Shown here piece by piece: positions 29,215 to 39,367 of a stretch of 64,000 nt of DNA (the first letter of the stretch is position 1; each line of letters opens with the position of its first letter). Position numbers and translations under genes: made by a program. The stretch is from NCBI GenBank assembly GCA_050246315.1, contig JBFWWG010000004.1, positions 1 through 64,000 on the forward strand, written 5' to 3'. Source of the DNA: Nitrospiraceae bacterium (lineage in GTDB: Bacteria > Nitrospirota > Nitrospiria > Nitrospirales > Nitrospiraceae). The notes under the pieces are model-generated. The model did no database searches. It worked only from the letters and a program-made list of their open reading frames with translations, and was not told the DNA's origin.

Positions 29215-29817
29215 TTAATTGAGGTTGGGATCGAACGGCATCTCGGCATAGCTCCTGAACGGCTCGCCCAGGGAGCGGAGAATTTCGGCCCACACCTTCG
29301 CCGGATCGATCTCGAACACCAGTGCCGGATCGGCCGGCAGCGTAATCCACGAGCCGGCCTGCATTTCATTCTCCAATTGCCCGGGCCCCCAGCCGGAGTA
29401 CCCCGCATAGGCCCGAAACCGTTCGGTCGTGTGTTCGCTCGTCAGGATCTGATCGAGCAGTTTGAAGTCGCCGCCGAGAAAGACCCCGTCGAAGACATGG
29501 TGGCTGCCGTCCGGCAACTCTTGTAACCGATAGAGCACCATGACCTGATTGGTCTGCACCGGCCCGCCGGAAAACAGCACATGCCGCTGACCCTCTAAGA
29601 TGGGGATCTGGGGTAACACTTCAGAAAGACCCATGGCCGTCGGGCGATTCACCACAAACCCGAGCGCCCCTTCGTCGCTGTGTTCGCAAAGCAGCACGAC
29701 GGCCTGGCGAAAATTAGGGTCGCGCAGCGCCGGTGAGGCGACCAGAAAGATCCCCTTCCCGAGCGGAGCTTTTTGAAATAATTCCTTCATGTCCGCCTCA
29801 CGCGTCGGCTCTGCCAT
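29215..29817 (-). CDS. YqgE/AlgH family protein
   Basis: DPNFRQAVVLLCEH..GALGFVVNRP, GGPV and GYSGWGPGQLENE motifs. Confidence 0.93.
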   Translation of the reverse strand: MAEPTREADMKELFQKAPLGKGIFLVASPALRDPNFRQAVVLLCEHSDEGALGFVVNRPTAMGLSEVLPQIPILEGQRHVLFSGGPVQTNQVMVLYRLQELPDGSHHVFDGVFLGGDFKLLDQILTSEHTTERFRAYAGYSGWGPGQLENEMQAGSWITLPADPALVFEIDPAKVWAEILRSLGEPFRSYAEMPFDPNLN

Positions 29818-29840
29818 CTTTCACATCTCGCCTTTGGCCT

Positions 29841-30635
29841 TCAGCCAGGATTGTACAGTTCTATTCGACGATCTCTGAACAGATCATTGTACGAGTTCAA
29901 CGTTTTGTCGGCGGCGTCCGACGGATCAACCTCCACCACCGTCACCTCTTCCAGATCACGCGACGCACGTTGAAGAATTTTGCCTCGCGGCGTCACGACC
30001 TCGCTGTTCCCAATGAAGGTCAACGGGGGCTTCTCTCCCCTGGCTTCCGTGCCGATGCGGTTGGCGGTAATCGCAAACACTCGGTTCTCCAGGCAGCGCG
30101 TCACCATAGCGTCCGGGCAGTGCGGGAGCACAAGGTTCGAGGGGTGACAGATAATCTCAGCCCCCTTGAGCGCCAGCGTCCGTGCAGACTCCGGATAGTA
30201 CCAGTCGAAACAAATCATCAAGCCAACCTTGGCCCTCCCGAGATCCCACACCTGAAACCCCGTGTCACCCGGACGAAACCAGAGGGTTTCCTCAAAGAAG
30301 AGATGGCTTTTCCGATACAGGCCGATGAACCCCCGAGGGCCTACCAGCACGGCCGAATTGTAACAGCCGTTCCCTCCTCGTTCCGGAAGGCCCGCCGCGA
30401 GGTACATATTCCGCTCACGGGCGAGCTCCATCAGGCGTTGCGTGGTGGGACCGTCTGGAATCGATTCGGCCAGCGACCGCACCTCGGTCTCCGAGATAAA
30501 CTGATAACCGGAAGCGAACAGCTCGGGCAACACCATGAGGTCGCAGTTCTCACGGCTCAGCCGTTCCGAGACCCGGTCGAGGTTCCGCTTCACCTCGCCG
30601 AACATGGGGTCGAACTGAAGAAACCCGACGCGCAT
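29841..30635 (-). CDS. Carbon-nitrogen hydrolase (nitrilase family)
   Basis: Glu-Lys-Cys triad motifs VLPEL, YRKSHL and ICFDW. Confidence 0.92.
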   Translation of the reverse strand: MRVGFLQFDPMFGEVKRNLDRVSERLSRENCDLMVLPELFASGYQFISETEVRSLAESIPDGPTTQRLMELARERNMYLAAGLPERGGNGCYNSAVLVGPRGFIGLYRKSHLFFEETLWFRPGDTGFQVWDLGRAKVGLMICFDWYYPESARTLALKGAEIICHPSNLVLPHCPDAMVTRCLENRVFAITANRIGTEARGEKPPLTFIGNSEVVTPRGKILQRASRDLEEVTVVEVDPSDAADKTLNSYNDLFRDRRIELYNPG

Positions 30636-30701
30636 GTGACCCTTCCATGCAAAAACGGGCAGGAAAATTCCTGCCCGTTTCAACGCATGCTTGACCTGTG
30701 A

Positions 30702-31046
30702 TTACTTGACTTCGGACAGGTGGGTCACCGCTCCCTCGGCATGCTTGGTCGCCACGTCGGCATGCCCGGCCTTACCGTGCTCGACGGCTTCCTTCAAATG
30801 CTTCACACCCTCATCCAAGTGAGGGTTTTTCATGTCCTTCTGGGCCGCTTGCGCATGTTTGAGGCCTTCCTCTGCATGTTTGACGAGTTCCCCGGCATGG
30901 CCTTCTTGTCCATGCATGACCGCGCCTTTGGCATGCTCGATCGCCTCCGCCACATGCGGGTTCGCGGCCGCCATCGCCAGGTTCGATGCCACCGGTGCCG
31001 CCAGTAGCGCGAAGACGCCCAGAGTCATGACCATGAGCTTATTCAT
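30702..31046 (-). CDS. smbP: Small metal-binding protein SmbP-like, periplasmic
   Basis: Signal peptide followed by heptad-spaced His repeats (HVAEAIEHA...HAEEGLKHA...HLKEAVEHG). Confidence 0.85.
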   Translation of the reverse strand: MNKLMVMTLGVFALLAAPVASNLAMAAANPHVAEAIEHAKGAVMHGQEGHAGELVKHAEEGLKHAQAAQKDMKNPHLDEGVKHLKEAVEHGKAGHADVATKHAEGAVTHLSEVK

Positions 31047-31146
31047 CGTTCTCCTCCTTGGTAGATACGTGAGTGAATGTGCTCCACCGACCGCGGTCGA
31101 AGGAACCGCCCTTGTGGTTTCACATTACTGAGGCGGGCGCGCTGAG

Positions 31147-32031
31147 TCAAGACGGCCTGATGGACTCGTCTTGTCCCAGCACATGCTGCAGCCCCCTAGC
31201 GTCCTTCTCCACCGGAGCGGCAAAGTCGCGGCTCCATTCCCACCAGGAACCCGCATAGTTTCTCACCTTGGGGTACCCCAACACCTTCAGTACAAACCAC
31301 AGCCATCCCGACCGTACACCTCCCGTGCAGTAGCAGACGATGTCCGCCGCACCAGCCAGGCCCTTCTCGTCCAGCGCGGCCTTGATCTTGTTGGGGTCCT
31401 TGAGCGTGGCATCGGGATTGAGGAAAGCGTTCCAGGGCACGCTCAGCGCGCCGGGGATATGTCCGGGTCTCGGTATCCCCATCATTTCCTTGCCCAAATA
31501 TTCCTCCAGGCTCCGCGCATCGAGGATTGTGACCTGTGTCGCCTCCGGGCCCTTGACGATGCGTTTGAGATCGTCCTTGAGAATACTCACGTGGTGATCG
31601 ACCGTGGCCCGGAAATTTCCCGGAGTGACCGACGGGCGCCCGTACTCATAGGGACGACGCTCCTCCACCCACTTCACCCATCCCCCGTCCAGGATGCGAA
31701 GATTGGTATGGCCAAGGTGGGCGAGCATCCAGAACATCCTCCCTTCGTCTCCCCAGTTGTCGAAAGGATTCGAGTAGATGACGATGTCGCTCTCATTGTT
31801 GATGCCGAGCGCCCGGATCTTCTGCTCAAGCATCGAGACGTCCGGGTCCAGCACGCCCTTCGCGACCGCCTTCGGATCGCTGTACTCGTGCCACGTCGAA
31901 TGGACGGCGCCGGGGATATGCCCGCCGAATTCGTAGGCGGCCTTTCCGCGGACATCCACAACAACCAGCCCGGGGCGGCCCAAATTCTGCTGCAAGGTCT
32001 CGGTGTCGATCAGGTAGGGATGATTCATCAC
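31147..32031 (-). CDS. Tandem-domain rhodanese/sulfurtransferase
   Basis: Two GHIPGA motifs, active site YCTGGVRS and YAGSWWEW. Confidence 0.93.
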   Translation of the reverse strand: MMNHPYLIDTETLQQNLGRPGLVVVDVRGKAAYEFGGHIPGAVHSTWHEYSDPKAVAKGVLDPDVSMLEQKIRALGINNESDIVIYSNPFDNWGDEGRMFWMLAHLGHTNLRILDGGWVKWVEERRPYEYGRPSVTPGNFRATVDHHVSILKDDLKRIVKGPEATQVTILDARSLEEYLGKEMMGIPRPGHIPGALSVPWNAFLNPDATLKDPNKIKAALDEKGLAGAADIVCYCTGGVRSGWLWFVLKVLGYPKVRNYAGSWWEWSRDFAAPVEKDARGLQHVLGQDESIRPS

Positions 32032-32557
32032 GATGCCTCGTCTGTCGATTCACCCTAGGGTCTAGGCAGCGGCGCACCAGGCTTGCGTGTCAGCACCCGA
32101 TACCGCGCGGAGCAGACAGGGCAAATCGTCGGTTAAGGATAATGCCTGCTCCTCGATCACGAATGAAACGAGGTCGGCGGCGGCCAACCCATGCATGCGC
32201 GAAAATAACTGATACTCCTCGTCAGTACGACTAGGGCATCGTATGTGATGCTTCTCCGTCGGCCGCTCCCGCCCGCCAGAGCATGGCTGCCAGGGAAGGT
32301 CAATCCGTCTCACTGGCAGCGATGACGGTATCGTACAACTCTACGCCGGTCGGTTGCCACAAGATCATGCGCGCCATCGTGTTGCCTGACCTTGAGGGTC
32401 CAGCCCGGCCGGCACCGTTCAGTAGGCCATGGGGTCGGCATCCTCCTCGCGAAGACCATTGCTCATGAGCGGCTTGATTTCCGGATCGTCCAGGTTCGTC
32501 AGACCGGCAACGTCCGGCTCCGGCAGTCGTCCGGCCGTCTGATTTCCATCCAGCGAG

Positions 32558-33502
32558 TCAGGCGGCCAGCAGCGCAAGAAGATGCGCTTCGACGGAGGCC
32601 GCCAGGGCCGCGAGATGATAGCCACCTTCCAAGCAGGACAGAATTCGTTTCCGCGCATGTCGTGCGCCGATCTCGGCCACAATGCCGGTCAATGAGGCAT
32701 ACCCTTGTTCCGTCAGCCCCATGCCGGCCAGCGGATCGTCGCGATGCGCATCAAACCCCGCGGAGATGATGACGAACTCCGGCCTGAACCGATCGGCCGC
32801 GGGGACCAACACCTCTCGAAACACCGCTTCGTATTCCTCATCTCCCTCTCCCGCCGAGAGGGGCACATTGATCGTGTAGCCGGTCCCCGCTCCGGCTCCG
32901 GACTCGCTTGCGCGGCCGGTCCCCGGGTAATGCGGATACTGGTGTGTGCTGAAAAACAAGATCGACTCGTCCTCATAAAAACTATGCTGCGTGCCGTTTC
33001 CATGATGCACGTCCCAGTCCACAATCAAGACCCGTCTGATGCCGTGCCGTTGCTGAAGATATCGGGCGGCCACCGCAACATTGTTGAACAGGCAGAACCC
33101 CATGGCACGGTTGTGCTCCGCATGGTGGCCGGGAGGTCGGACAGCGCAAAACGCGTGCTCGATCCGGCTGTCCATAATGGCATCACAGGCGGCCAAGGCC
33201 CCGCCCGCCGCCAGGTAGGCGGCCTGGAGCGACCCGGACGAAATGGATGTATCAGGATCGAGCTGCACACGGCCGGAGGAGGGCGACTTTTTCTTGAGTC
33301 CCGCTACATAGGCTGGGGAGTGGATCTGTGTGATCCACTGATCCTCCGCCGACCTCGGCTGAATGGAGATCAGCCGGCCCATGATCCCGGTCGCTTCCAG
33401 TTGCCGCGTGATGGCGCGAAGTCTTTCGGGAGATTCCGGATGACCGTACCCCATGTCGTGTTCGAGGTATTGTGGATCGGACACGAAACCGGTTCGCGCC
33501 AT
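32558..33502 (-). CDS. Histone deacetylase-family amidohydrolase
   Basis: HPESPERL, RPPGHH, DWDVHHGNG, SAGFD and LEGGY motifs. Confidence 0.95.
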   Translation of the reverse strand: MARTGFVSDPQYLEHDMGYGHPESPERLRAITRQLEATGIMGRLISIQPRSAEDQWITQIHSPAYVAGLKKKSPSSGRVQLDPDTSISSGSLQAAYLAAGGALAACDAIMDSRIEHAFCAVRPPGHHAEHNRAMGFCLFNNVAVAARYLQQRHGIRRVLIVDWDVHHGNGTQHSFYEDESILFFSTHQYPHYPGTGRASESGAGAGTGYTINVPLSAGEGDEEYEAVFREVLVPAADRFRPEFVIISAGFDAHRDDPLAGMGLTEQGYASLTGIVAEIGARHARKRILSCLEGGYHLAALAASVEAHLLALLAA

Positions 33503-33653
33503 GCTTACCCTACATGAGGATGGACTCGATCAAGGAATGGACGATCGATCGTAGCATGTGCCGCAAGCGGTAGACAATGTGGGGCGTGCGTGCTACGGTC
33601 ACCCTCTGTTCAAGAGAGCGGTGTCGGGAGAGATATGATCGTTACAGCGGAAG

Positions 33654-33980
33654 ATGGAGGACTGCGTGCCCAATCCCCGGATTGAACCTTTGAGAAAAGT
33701 GCTGTCGATCGATCCCAATGACGAGGTAGCCTGGTTCGGGCTTGGAAAGGCTTATATGGACGACGGCAACTGGGACGCAGCGGTCGAGGCGCTGGAGAAT
33801 TGTGTCCGCGTCAAACCGGTTTATTCTGCGGCCTACCTCGCGTTGGCCCAATCGCTTCAGAAACTCGCACGACTGGATCACTGCCGTGAAGTCTGCCGGG
33901 CAGGTATCGACGTGTCCACCAAAAACGGCGATGCCATGGTAACGAAGAACCTCGAGGCGTTGGTGCAGACGATCGGATAA
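33654..33980 (+). CDS. Small TPR protein
   Basis: DPND..AWFGLG and YSAAYLALA TPR helices. Confidence 0.8.
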   Translation: MEDCVPNPRIEPLRKVLSIDPNDEVAWFGLGKAYMDDGNWDAAVEALENCVRVKPVYSAAYLALAQSLQKLARLDHCREVCRAGIDVSTKNGDAMVTKNLEALVQTIG

Positions 33981-33981
33981 G

Positions 33982-34863
33982 CTACCCAGACTGCGACAGC
34001 AAGGCGCGGAGGGTGTGCCGTCCCCACTCACCCGGCTGAAACCGGCTCTCCGGATTGAGCACACAGACCCGATGAATCGGATGCCGGGCATCGCCGCCGG
34101 CTCGCTCGACGATCTCGACATTGGCCAGCCGCACACTCGATCGCGCCGGCAGGGCTTCCACATCCCACAGAGCCAGCAGCACACCGCTCAAATGGCGTAA
34201 GGGCAGCAACAGGCTGGTCATCGCCCCGGCTAATCGTCTCAGATCCAAGGGGACCGGACGAGGGCTCCGATTTCCCCGCTCCAAACCTCCCGGCCGACCT
34301 GGCTCGCGGTCGTGCAGACCCTGTCGAACATGGACGGCTAGGAACACTGGCTCGCAGTAATCGGACAACTGGCGAGCCTTCTGCCCGATCCGGGCTAAAA
34401 TCCGGTTGATCAGCAGATCACCGACGGTGAAATCACCCTCCGGCTCATGCTGAAACGCCGCGCGGTGACGAGCCACACCGTGCGGCCGCTTGGAACCGCC
34501 GATCATGGTGGTGACTTCGATGAAGAGCCGCTCGCTGCCGAACCGACATTCCAAATCAGCCGTCCGCGCGACGGATTCCGGAAGGAACCGCACCGAGCCT
34601 CCGGTCCGGTGAATCTTAGCGGCCACCTCGAGCTCGGCGATCGCCGACTCGCGCGCACCGGCATGCGATCCAGCCAATCGCCTTTGGAGATGTTGCAAGC
34701 GTCGCTGACTGGCCCGATCATGGCAGGCCATGTAGAGATACTCCCAATCGCTCGCGACTTGCCGCCAGAACCCCTTGCTTCGCGAGAACCAGTCCCGCCC
34801 GCACAGGCTTGACTCCAGCACGCCAGGCCCGACGACCTCATGGAGTTCGCTCAACCGCACCAT
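33982..34863 (-). CDS. Hypothetical protein with a possible PD-(D/E)xK-like core
   Basis: ELEVA...TADLEC.....LFIEVT pattern; SD GAGGGAG before ATG 34863. Confidence 0.55.
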   Translation of the reverse strand: MVRLSELHEVVGPGVLESSLCGRDWFSRSKGFWRQVASDWEYLYMACHDRASQRRLQHLQRRLAGSHAGARESAIAELEVAAKIHRTGGSVRFLPESVARTADLECRFGSERLFIEVTTMIGGSKRPHGVARHRAAFQHEPEGDFTVGDLLINRILARIGQKARQLSDYCEPVFLAVHVRQGLHDREPGRPGGLERGNRSPRPVPLDLRRLAGAMTSLLLPLRHLSGVLLALWDVEALPARSSVRLANVEIVERAGGDARHPIHRVCVLNPESRFQPGEWGRHTLRALLSQSG

Positions 34864-34886
34864 CACTCCCTCGCACGATCCGCTAG

Positions 34887-35076
34887 CCCACATCCTTCAT
34901 GACGGTTCGTCGCGACATCGTGGAGTCGCGTGGCAAGACGGGCAAGCGCAGCGGCGAGGATGGGAGACGTACTGGATCCAGTACGCTGACCGACTGAGCG
35001 GCGAGCACGCACGCCGACAGGCTTGTCGCAGCAGGACATCCGAGATTGCACCAGAAGCGCTCAAGAATCATGCGGG
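34887..35076. mobile_element. MITE, end type B
   Basis: CCCACATCCTTCATGA ... TCAAGAATCATGCGGG with CTAG duplication (34883-6 and 35077-80). Perfect palindrome CGTACTGGATCCAGTACG at 34968-34985. Confidence 0.85.
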
Positions 35077-35406
35077 CTAGACCTGCGTCAATCCGCTTCC
35101 TTCTTCACCCGACGGCCTGACCGGTTCCGGATGTCGCTTGACCATCTCATCATATACTTCGTCCAGCCAGCGCCCCGCACACCCCAAGACTTCCCGCACC
35201 AGCGGTTCGTCCTGACCCGTCCGTGTTATCGTCCAACGACAAACGTATTCGAGGAGCGAATCTCGACCGCACGACAGGGTCTCGCTGGTCGTCAGGGACA
35301 CCAGCTCCTGCAACCCCGTCCGGACGATTCCCTCGACGATCGCGCGGTCATAGGAGGTTGCCGCGGTTACATATTGCACGGCTCGGTTGATTTCCTGCTC
35401 GGTCAC
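35077..35406 (-). CDS. Hypothetical protein
   Basis: 109-aa ORF with normal composition; its TAG stop lies in the MITE target site. Confidence 0.6.
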   Translation of the reverse strand: MTEQEINRAVQYVTAATSYDRAIVEGIVRTGLQELVSLTTSETLSCGRDSLLEYVCRWTITRTGQDEPLVREVLGCAGRWLDEVYDEMVKRHPEPVRPSGEEGSGLTQV

Positions 35407-35510
35407 GGATGGATTCTAACATCCGTGCAATCTCAGTCAACGCTCCAGAAACTGGTCCGATTGTGATACAAGTAGCCCCCGGTCTTTTTCCGAGAGAGGA
35501 GAACCGACTG

Positions 35511-37319
35511 ATGCCCACACGTTCCTCGTCGCAACCCCCAGTCAGATCCCGAGCATCGCTTCCCTATCAAGATCAATGGAATCTCGCCCACCTGTTTCCC
35601 CAGGGAGAACAGGATGTCGGCCGGTCGCTGCGCAGGCTGGAAGAGCTGGTGGGGCAATTCGAATCCTTCCGAGACACCTTGTCTCCCGACCTATCCACGA
35701 CCTCGTTTCGCAAAGTCCTCGACCTGAGCGAGCAGATCGTTACAATCTCGACGACAATCGGAGCCCATGCGTACCTGTGGTATTCCGAGAACACCAAGGA
35801 TGCCAAGGCCCGCTCCCATAAAGCCACAGTCGAACAACGCCTCGCCTCGCTGAGAAACCGCCTCCTGTTCTTCGACCTCTGGTGGCAAGGTCTGGACGAA
35901 ACTAATGCCGCGCGCCTCCGCGAGACGGCGGGCGATCTTCGGTATCACCTCGACACGATTCGTCGCTTTAGCCCTCACACGTTGTCGGAGCGCGAGGAAC
36001 AGGTGATCAACCTGAAGAACACGACCGGTCGCACAGCCTTGACCACGCTCTACGAGATCGTGACGAACGGGTTTTCATTCACGCTGAGCGTGAAGGGAAC
36101 ACGACGCACGCTCAACCGGGAGCACCTCTCGGCCTTTGTACGCAATCCGCACGCTCGCCTTCGCGAGGCGGCCTACCGTGAGTTGTACAGGGTGTTCGAG
36201 TCTCAACGCGATCTCCTGGGCGAAACCTACAAGATGCTGGTCAACGATTGGAAATCCGAGCAGTTGGATCTTCGAAAGTTCGTTACGCCGCTGAGCGTCC
36301 GCAATCTTCAGAACGACGTCCCCGATGAGGCGGTGACGGCCCTGCTCGCCGTATGCGCCAAGAACGCACCAGTGTTTCAGCACTATTTCAAACTCAAGGC
36401 CCGCCTCTGCGGGCTACCGCGGCTGAATCGCTACCACATCTACGCGCCCGCGCGCACCACGCAGAAACGGTTCCGTTACCGCGACGCGGCCCGGTTGGTC
36501 CTGGACTCTTACCGTTCGTTCTCACCGCATCTGGCCGACCTGGCACAACAGGTCTTCCAGGAAGGTCATGTCCATGCCCGTACACAGCCCGGCAAGATGG
36601 GCGGCGCCTATTGCTACAGCATCGCGCCCGGCATGACGCCCTACGTCCTCCTGAACTTCACCGGGGAAGCCCGTGAGATCGCAACCATGGCCCATGAGCT
36701 CGGACACGCGGTCCACGGAATGATGGCGGCCAAGCATTCCATCTTTACGTTTCACTCCACGTTGCCGCTGGCAGAGACGGCGTCCGTATTCGGCGAGCGC
36801 ATCCTTTCCGATGCGCTCCTCCAGCAGGAACAGAATCGGTCAGTGAAACAAGGGCTGCTGATGACCCAACTCGACGACGCTTACGCCACCATCATGCGAC
36901 AGGCCTACTTCGTACAGTTCGAGCGTTCGGCACACGATCTGATCGCCAATGGAGCGACCGTTCAAGAAGTGGCAGCCGAATATCTACGACTCTTACGGGA
37001 ACAATTGGGGACGGGCGTCCCGGTTTCCAAAGAATTCCAGTGGGAATGGCTGACGATTCCCCACATCTACGCCAGCCCCTTTTATTGCTATGCGTACAGC
37101 TTTGGGAACCTGCTCGTGCTGGCGCTCTATCGGATGTACAAGCAGGAGGGGCAAGCCTTTGTCCCGCGCTATCTTACCTTGCTCGCCACGGGAGGCTCTG
37201 AATCGCCGGAACACATCCTTCGCTCTGTTGGAGTCGATATGTGCTCAGAAGCCTTTTGGCAGTCTGGATTCGACGCTCTCAAGGAAATGGTGAGAGACCT
37301 CGAAAAGACGATCTCGTAA
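35511..37319 (+). CDS. pepF: Oligoendopeptidase F (M3B)
   Basis: WNLAHLF, GKMGGAYC, HELGH, AETAS and PHIYASPFYCYAYSFG motifs. Confidence 0.92.
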   Translation: MPTRSSSQPPVRSRASLPYQDQWNLAHLFPQGEQDVGRSLRRLEELVGQFESFRDTLSPDLSTTSFRKVLDLSEQIVTISTTIGAHAYLWYSENTKDAKARSHKATVEQRLASLRNRLLFFDLWWQGLDETNAARLRETAGDLRYHLDTIRRFSPHTLSEREEQVINLKNTTGRTALTTLYEIVTNGFSFTLSVKGTRRTLNREHLSAFVRNPHARLREAAYRELYRVFESQRDLLGETYKMLVNDWKSEQLDLRKFVTPLSVRNLQNDVPDEAVTALLAVCAKNAPVFQHYFKLKARLCGLPRLNRYHIYAPARTTQKRFRYRDAARLVLDSYRSFSPHLADLAQQVFQEGHVHARTQPGKMGGAYCYSIAPGMTPYVLLNFTGEAREIATMAHELGHAVHGMMAAKHSIFTFHSTLPLAETASVFGERILSDALLQQEQNRSVKQGLLMTQLDDAYATIMRQAYFVQFERSAHDLIANGATVQEVAAEYLRLLREQLGTGVPVSKEFQWEWLTIPHIYASPFYCYAYSFGNLLVLALYRMYKQEGQAFVPRYLTLLATGGSESPEHILRSVGVDMCSEAFWQSGFDALKEMVRDLEKTIS

Positions 37320-37379
37320 CCTATGGATATCAATCTTCTTTTCCTGGCCTAGCCAGAAAACAAAATTTTCGTCCGGCAC

Positions 37380-37425
37380 TTGACTCAAATGGTCTGCGGC
37401 GGTACCATATTGATAACGGTTCTCA
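37380..37425 (+). promoter_or_regulatory. Sigma70 promoter with overlapping Fur-box-like 7-1-7 palindrome
   Basis: TTGACT-17-TACCAT, then TGATAAC-G-GTTCTCA (37411-37425), upstream of bfd. Confidence 0.65.
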
Positions 37426-37474
37426 TAGTCGGAGCTTGAGAAGACCACGTCGCATCAGAGAAAGGACGAGCATC

Positions 37475-37666
37475 ATGTATGTCTGTCTCTGTAAAGGTCT
37501 AACCGAGGGTGATGTGCAGCAGGCCGGACGGTGCGGCCAGATCACCGGCGCGAGGTTGATCGCCTCATTCGGATTGAATGACGAAGGCTGCTGCGGCCGC
37601 TGCGCTGAAAACATCGACGACTTGGTTCAGTTAGCTGCGGGACAGTGCTCTCCTTCCCCTCATTGA
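37475..37666 (+). CDS. bfd: Bacterioferritin-associated ferredoxin (Bfd-like, 2Fe-2S)
   Basis: MYVCLCKG...CCGRC pattern; SD AAGGA. Confidence 0.85.
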   Translation: MYVCLCKGLTEGDVQQAGRCGQITGARLIASFGLNDEGCCGRCAENIDDLVQLAAGQCSPSPH

Positions 37667-37909
37667 TTTCCCCACTGGATTCTCCCCGCTGGACACCTCA
37701 ATACTCCCCTCCGGTTCGTCCGTTACCCTTTTCCGGCTCGTCTTCTCCATGATTGAGTGAAACTACATTCCCACCTAACGAGATAGGGGGTGACGCCTGT
37801 CGCAAGAGAGACGCCCCAGGGGATACGTGGTGCCCCATACGACGATAGAGACGAGGCTGGCTGCTGCAGGGAAAATACCGGAATAGAGAGAGATGGAGGG
37901 TTTTGACGG

Positions 37910-38566
37910 TTATGGTTCGGATCGCCCGCGGACGACGAGGTGCGTCACCTCCGCGACTCGCCGCCCCAGTTCCTTGGCGGCAGCCAGTTCGTTTTCGTCG
38001 ATTCCCGGACTCTCACCCTCGGTCGTGGCCGACGCACCGAAGGCCCCGCCTCCGCTGACGACGATCATTTGATTCCCCAGCATGGCAGCGAGAATAGCGA
38101 GCATCGTTAATTCTTTTCCACTCGACACCTGTCCACCGGTGGCGAAGGCCGCTCCGACTTTGTTCTTCAGTTTGAGATCGGGCCAAACGCCGAACTTGAA
38201 CTGCCAATTGTCGATGAAGGTCTTGACGGGGCCGGCCATATTGGACCAATAGACCGGCGATCCCACGACGAGCGCGTCCGCAGAGAAAAGATCGTCAGCC
38301 GTCACCCTCTCGACCTGTTGCACAATCACCATCGTGTCGGCCACGCTCTTGGCCCCCTCCACGACGCCTCGGGCCATTTTCTCGGTGTGCCCGGTTCCAG
38401 AATGGTAAGTCACGAGAATGGTGACGGGAGGTCCGCCCTCATCGGCTCGGGCGGCGAGCGGCAAGAGAATGGCCTCGATTAGGAAACAAGCGGCCAGGCT
38501 GGATATCAACAAACCGGCAGCGCGGGCGGACCTCCCCAACGAATCATTGGTGAGGTTTCGAATCAA
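37910..38566 (-). CDS. Flavodoxin-fold WrbA-like NAD(P)H oxidoreductase with N-terminal signal-like segment (start uncertain)
   Basis: YHSGTGHTEKMA, GSPVYWSN and KVGAAFATGG motifs. Confidence 0.85.
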   Translation of the reverse strand: MIRNLTNDSLGRSARAAGLLISSLAACFLIEAILLPLAARADEGGPPVTILVTYHSGTGHTEKMARGVVEGAKSVADTMVIVQQVERVTADDLFSADALVVGSPVYWSNMAGPVKTFIDNWQFKFGVWPDLKLKNKVGAAFATGGQVSSGKELTMLAILAAMLGNQMIVVSGGGAFGASATTEGESPGIDENELAAAKELGRRVAEVTHLVVRGRSEP

Positions 38567-38571
38567 ACGGC

Positions 38572-38757
38572 TTAGCGGCGGATGGTTTCTTCGTCGAGAT
38601 GTTCCTCGACGGAAACCTCCGTGAGAGTGCCCCGGTAATCGCATTTGTGGCACCGGATCCGCCATTCTTCCATCCACTTGTCCTGCACGTAGGATTGACG
38701 GCACTTGGGACAAACAAAGACGCCTTTCTTATAGAGAACCCGACGCTTTTCTTTCAT
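38572..38757 (-). CDS. Small zinc-ribbon protein
   Basis: CPKC...CHKC; SD AGGAGG. Confidence 0.7.
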   Translation of the reverse strand: MKEKRRVLYKKGVFVCPKCRQSYVQDKWMEEWRIRCHKCDYRGTLTEVSVEEHLDEETIRR

Positions 38758-38829
38758 CGACCCGCCTCCTGGAAGACAGCCGAGAATCGCACATCCAACG
38801 GCGGCATTGCAAGGAGGCGCGGGTCAGAC

Positions 38830-38858
38830 TTGACAGGCTGGCCGCCACCCCCTAGGCT
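38830..38858 (+). promoter_or_regulatory. Sigma70-like promoter of the DUF192 gene
   Basis: TTGACA-17-TAGGCT. Confidence 0.4.
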
Positions 38859-38869
38859 CCCATCAGGCC

Positions 38870-39349
38870 ATGCTGCCATTCCCCCGAGGTCGATTCGCCC
38901 GTCTGGTTTCTACGCTTGCGCTCTCCTTGGTCGTTTCGCCGTTCCTCGACATGGGCAAGACCGCGGCCGGCGCAGAGTTCCTCCTGCCTATTCGGACGCC
39001 TTCGGGAACGACCATTCATGCCGAACTGGCCGACACGCCGCAGAAGCGGGCCATGGGCTTGATGTACCGAGAGTCGCTTCCCGAAAACCACGGCATGTTG
39101 TTTATTTTCGGAGAGGCGCAACCCTGGACATTTTGGATGAAAAACACCCGGATGCCGCTTGACATCATTTGGCTGAATGAACAAAAAACCATTGTGCACA
39201 TCGAGGCCAACACGCCGATCTGCACAAGGACCGACAACGGCTGTCCCCAGTACCAGTCCAACGAACCGGCGATGTACGTCTTAGAACTCGCAGGAGGGCG
39301 CGCACAGACGCTGAAGCTGAGAAAGGGGATGAAGCTCCAGTTTCCCTGA
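38870..39349 (+). CDS. DUF192 family protein
   Basis: ELADT...GLMYRESL...GMLF, FWMKNTRMPLDII and YVLELAGG motifs. Confidence 0.92.
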   Translation: MLPFPRGRFARLVSTLALSLVVSPFLDMGKTAAGAEFLLPIRTPSGTTIHAELADTPQKRAMGLMYRESLPENHGMLFIFGEAQPWTFWMKNTRMPLDIIWLNEQKTIVHIEANTPICTRTDNGCPQYQSNEPAMYVLELAGGRAQTLKLRKGMKLQFP

Positions 39350-39367
39350 GAGACCACACCGGCGGTT

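Noticed and set aside
32050..32557. Small ORFs between the sulfurtransferase and deacetylase genes
   Set aside because: No motif, SD or composition support; left unannotated.
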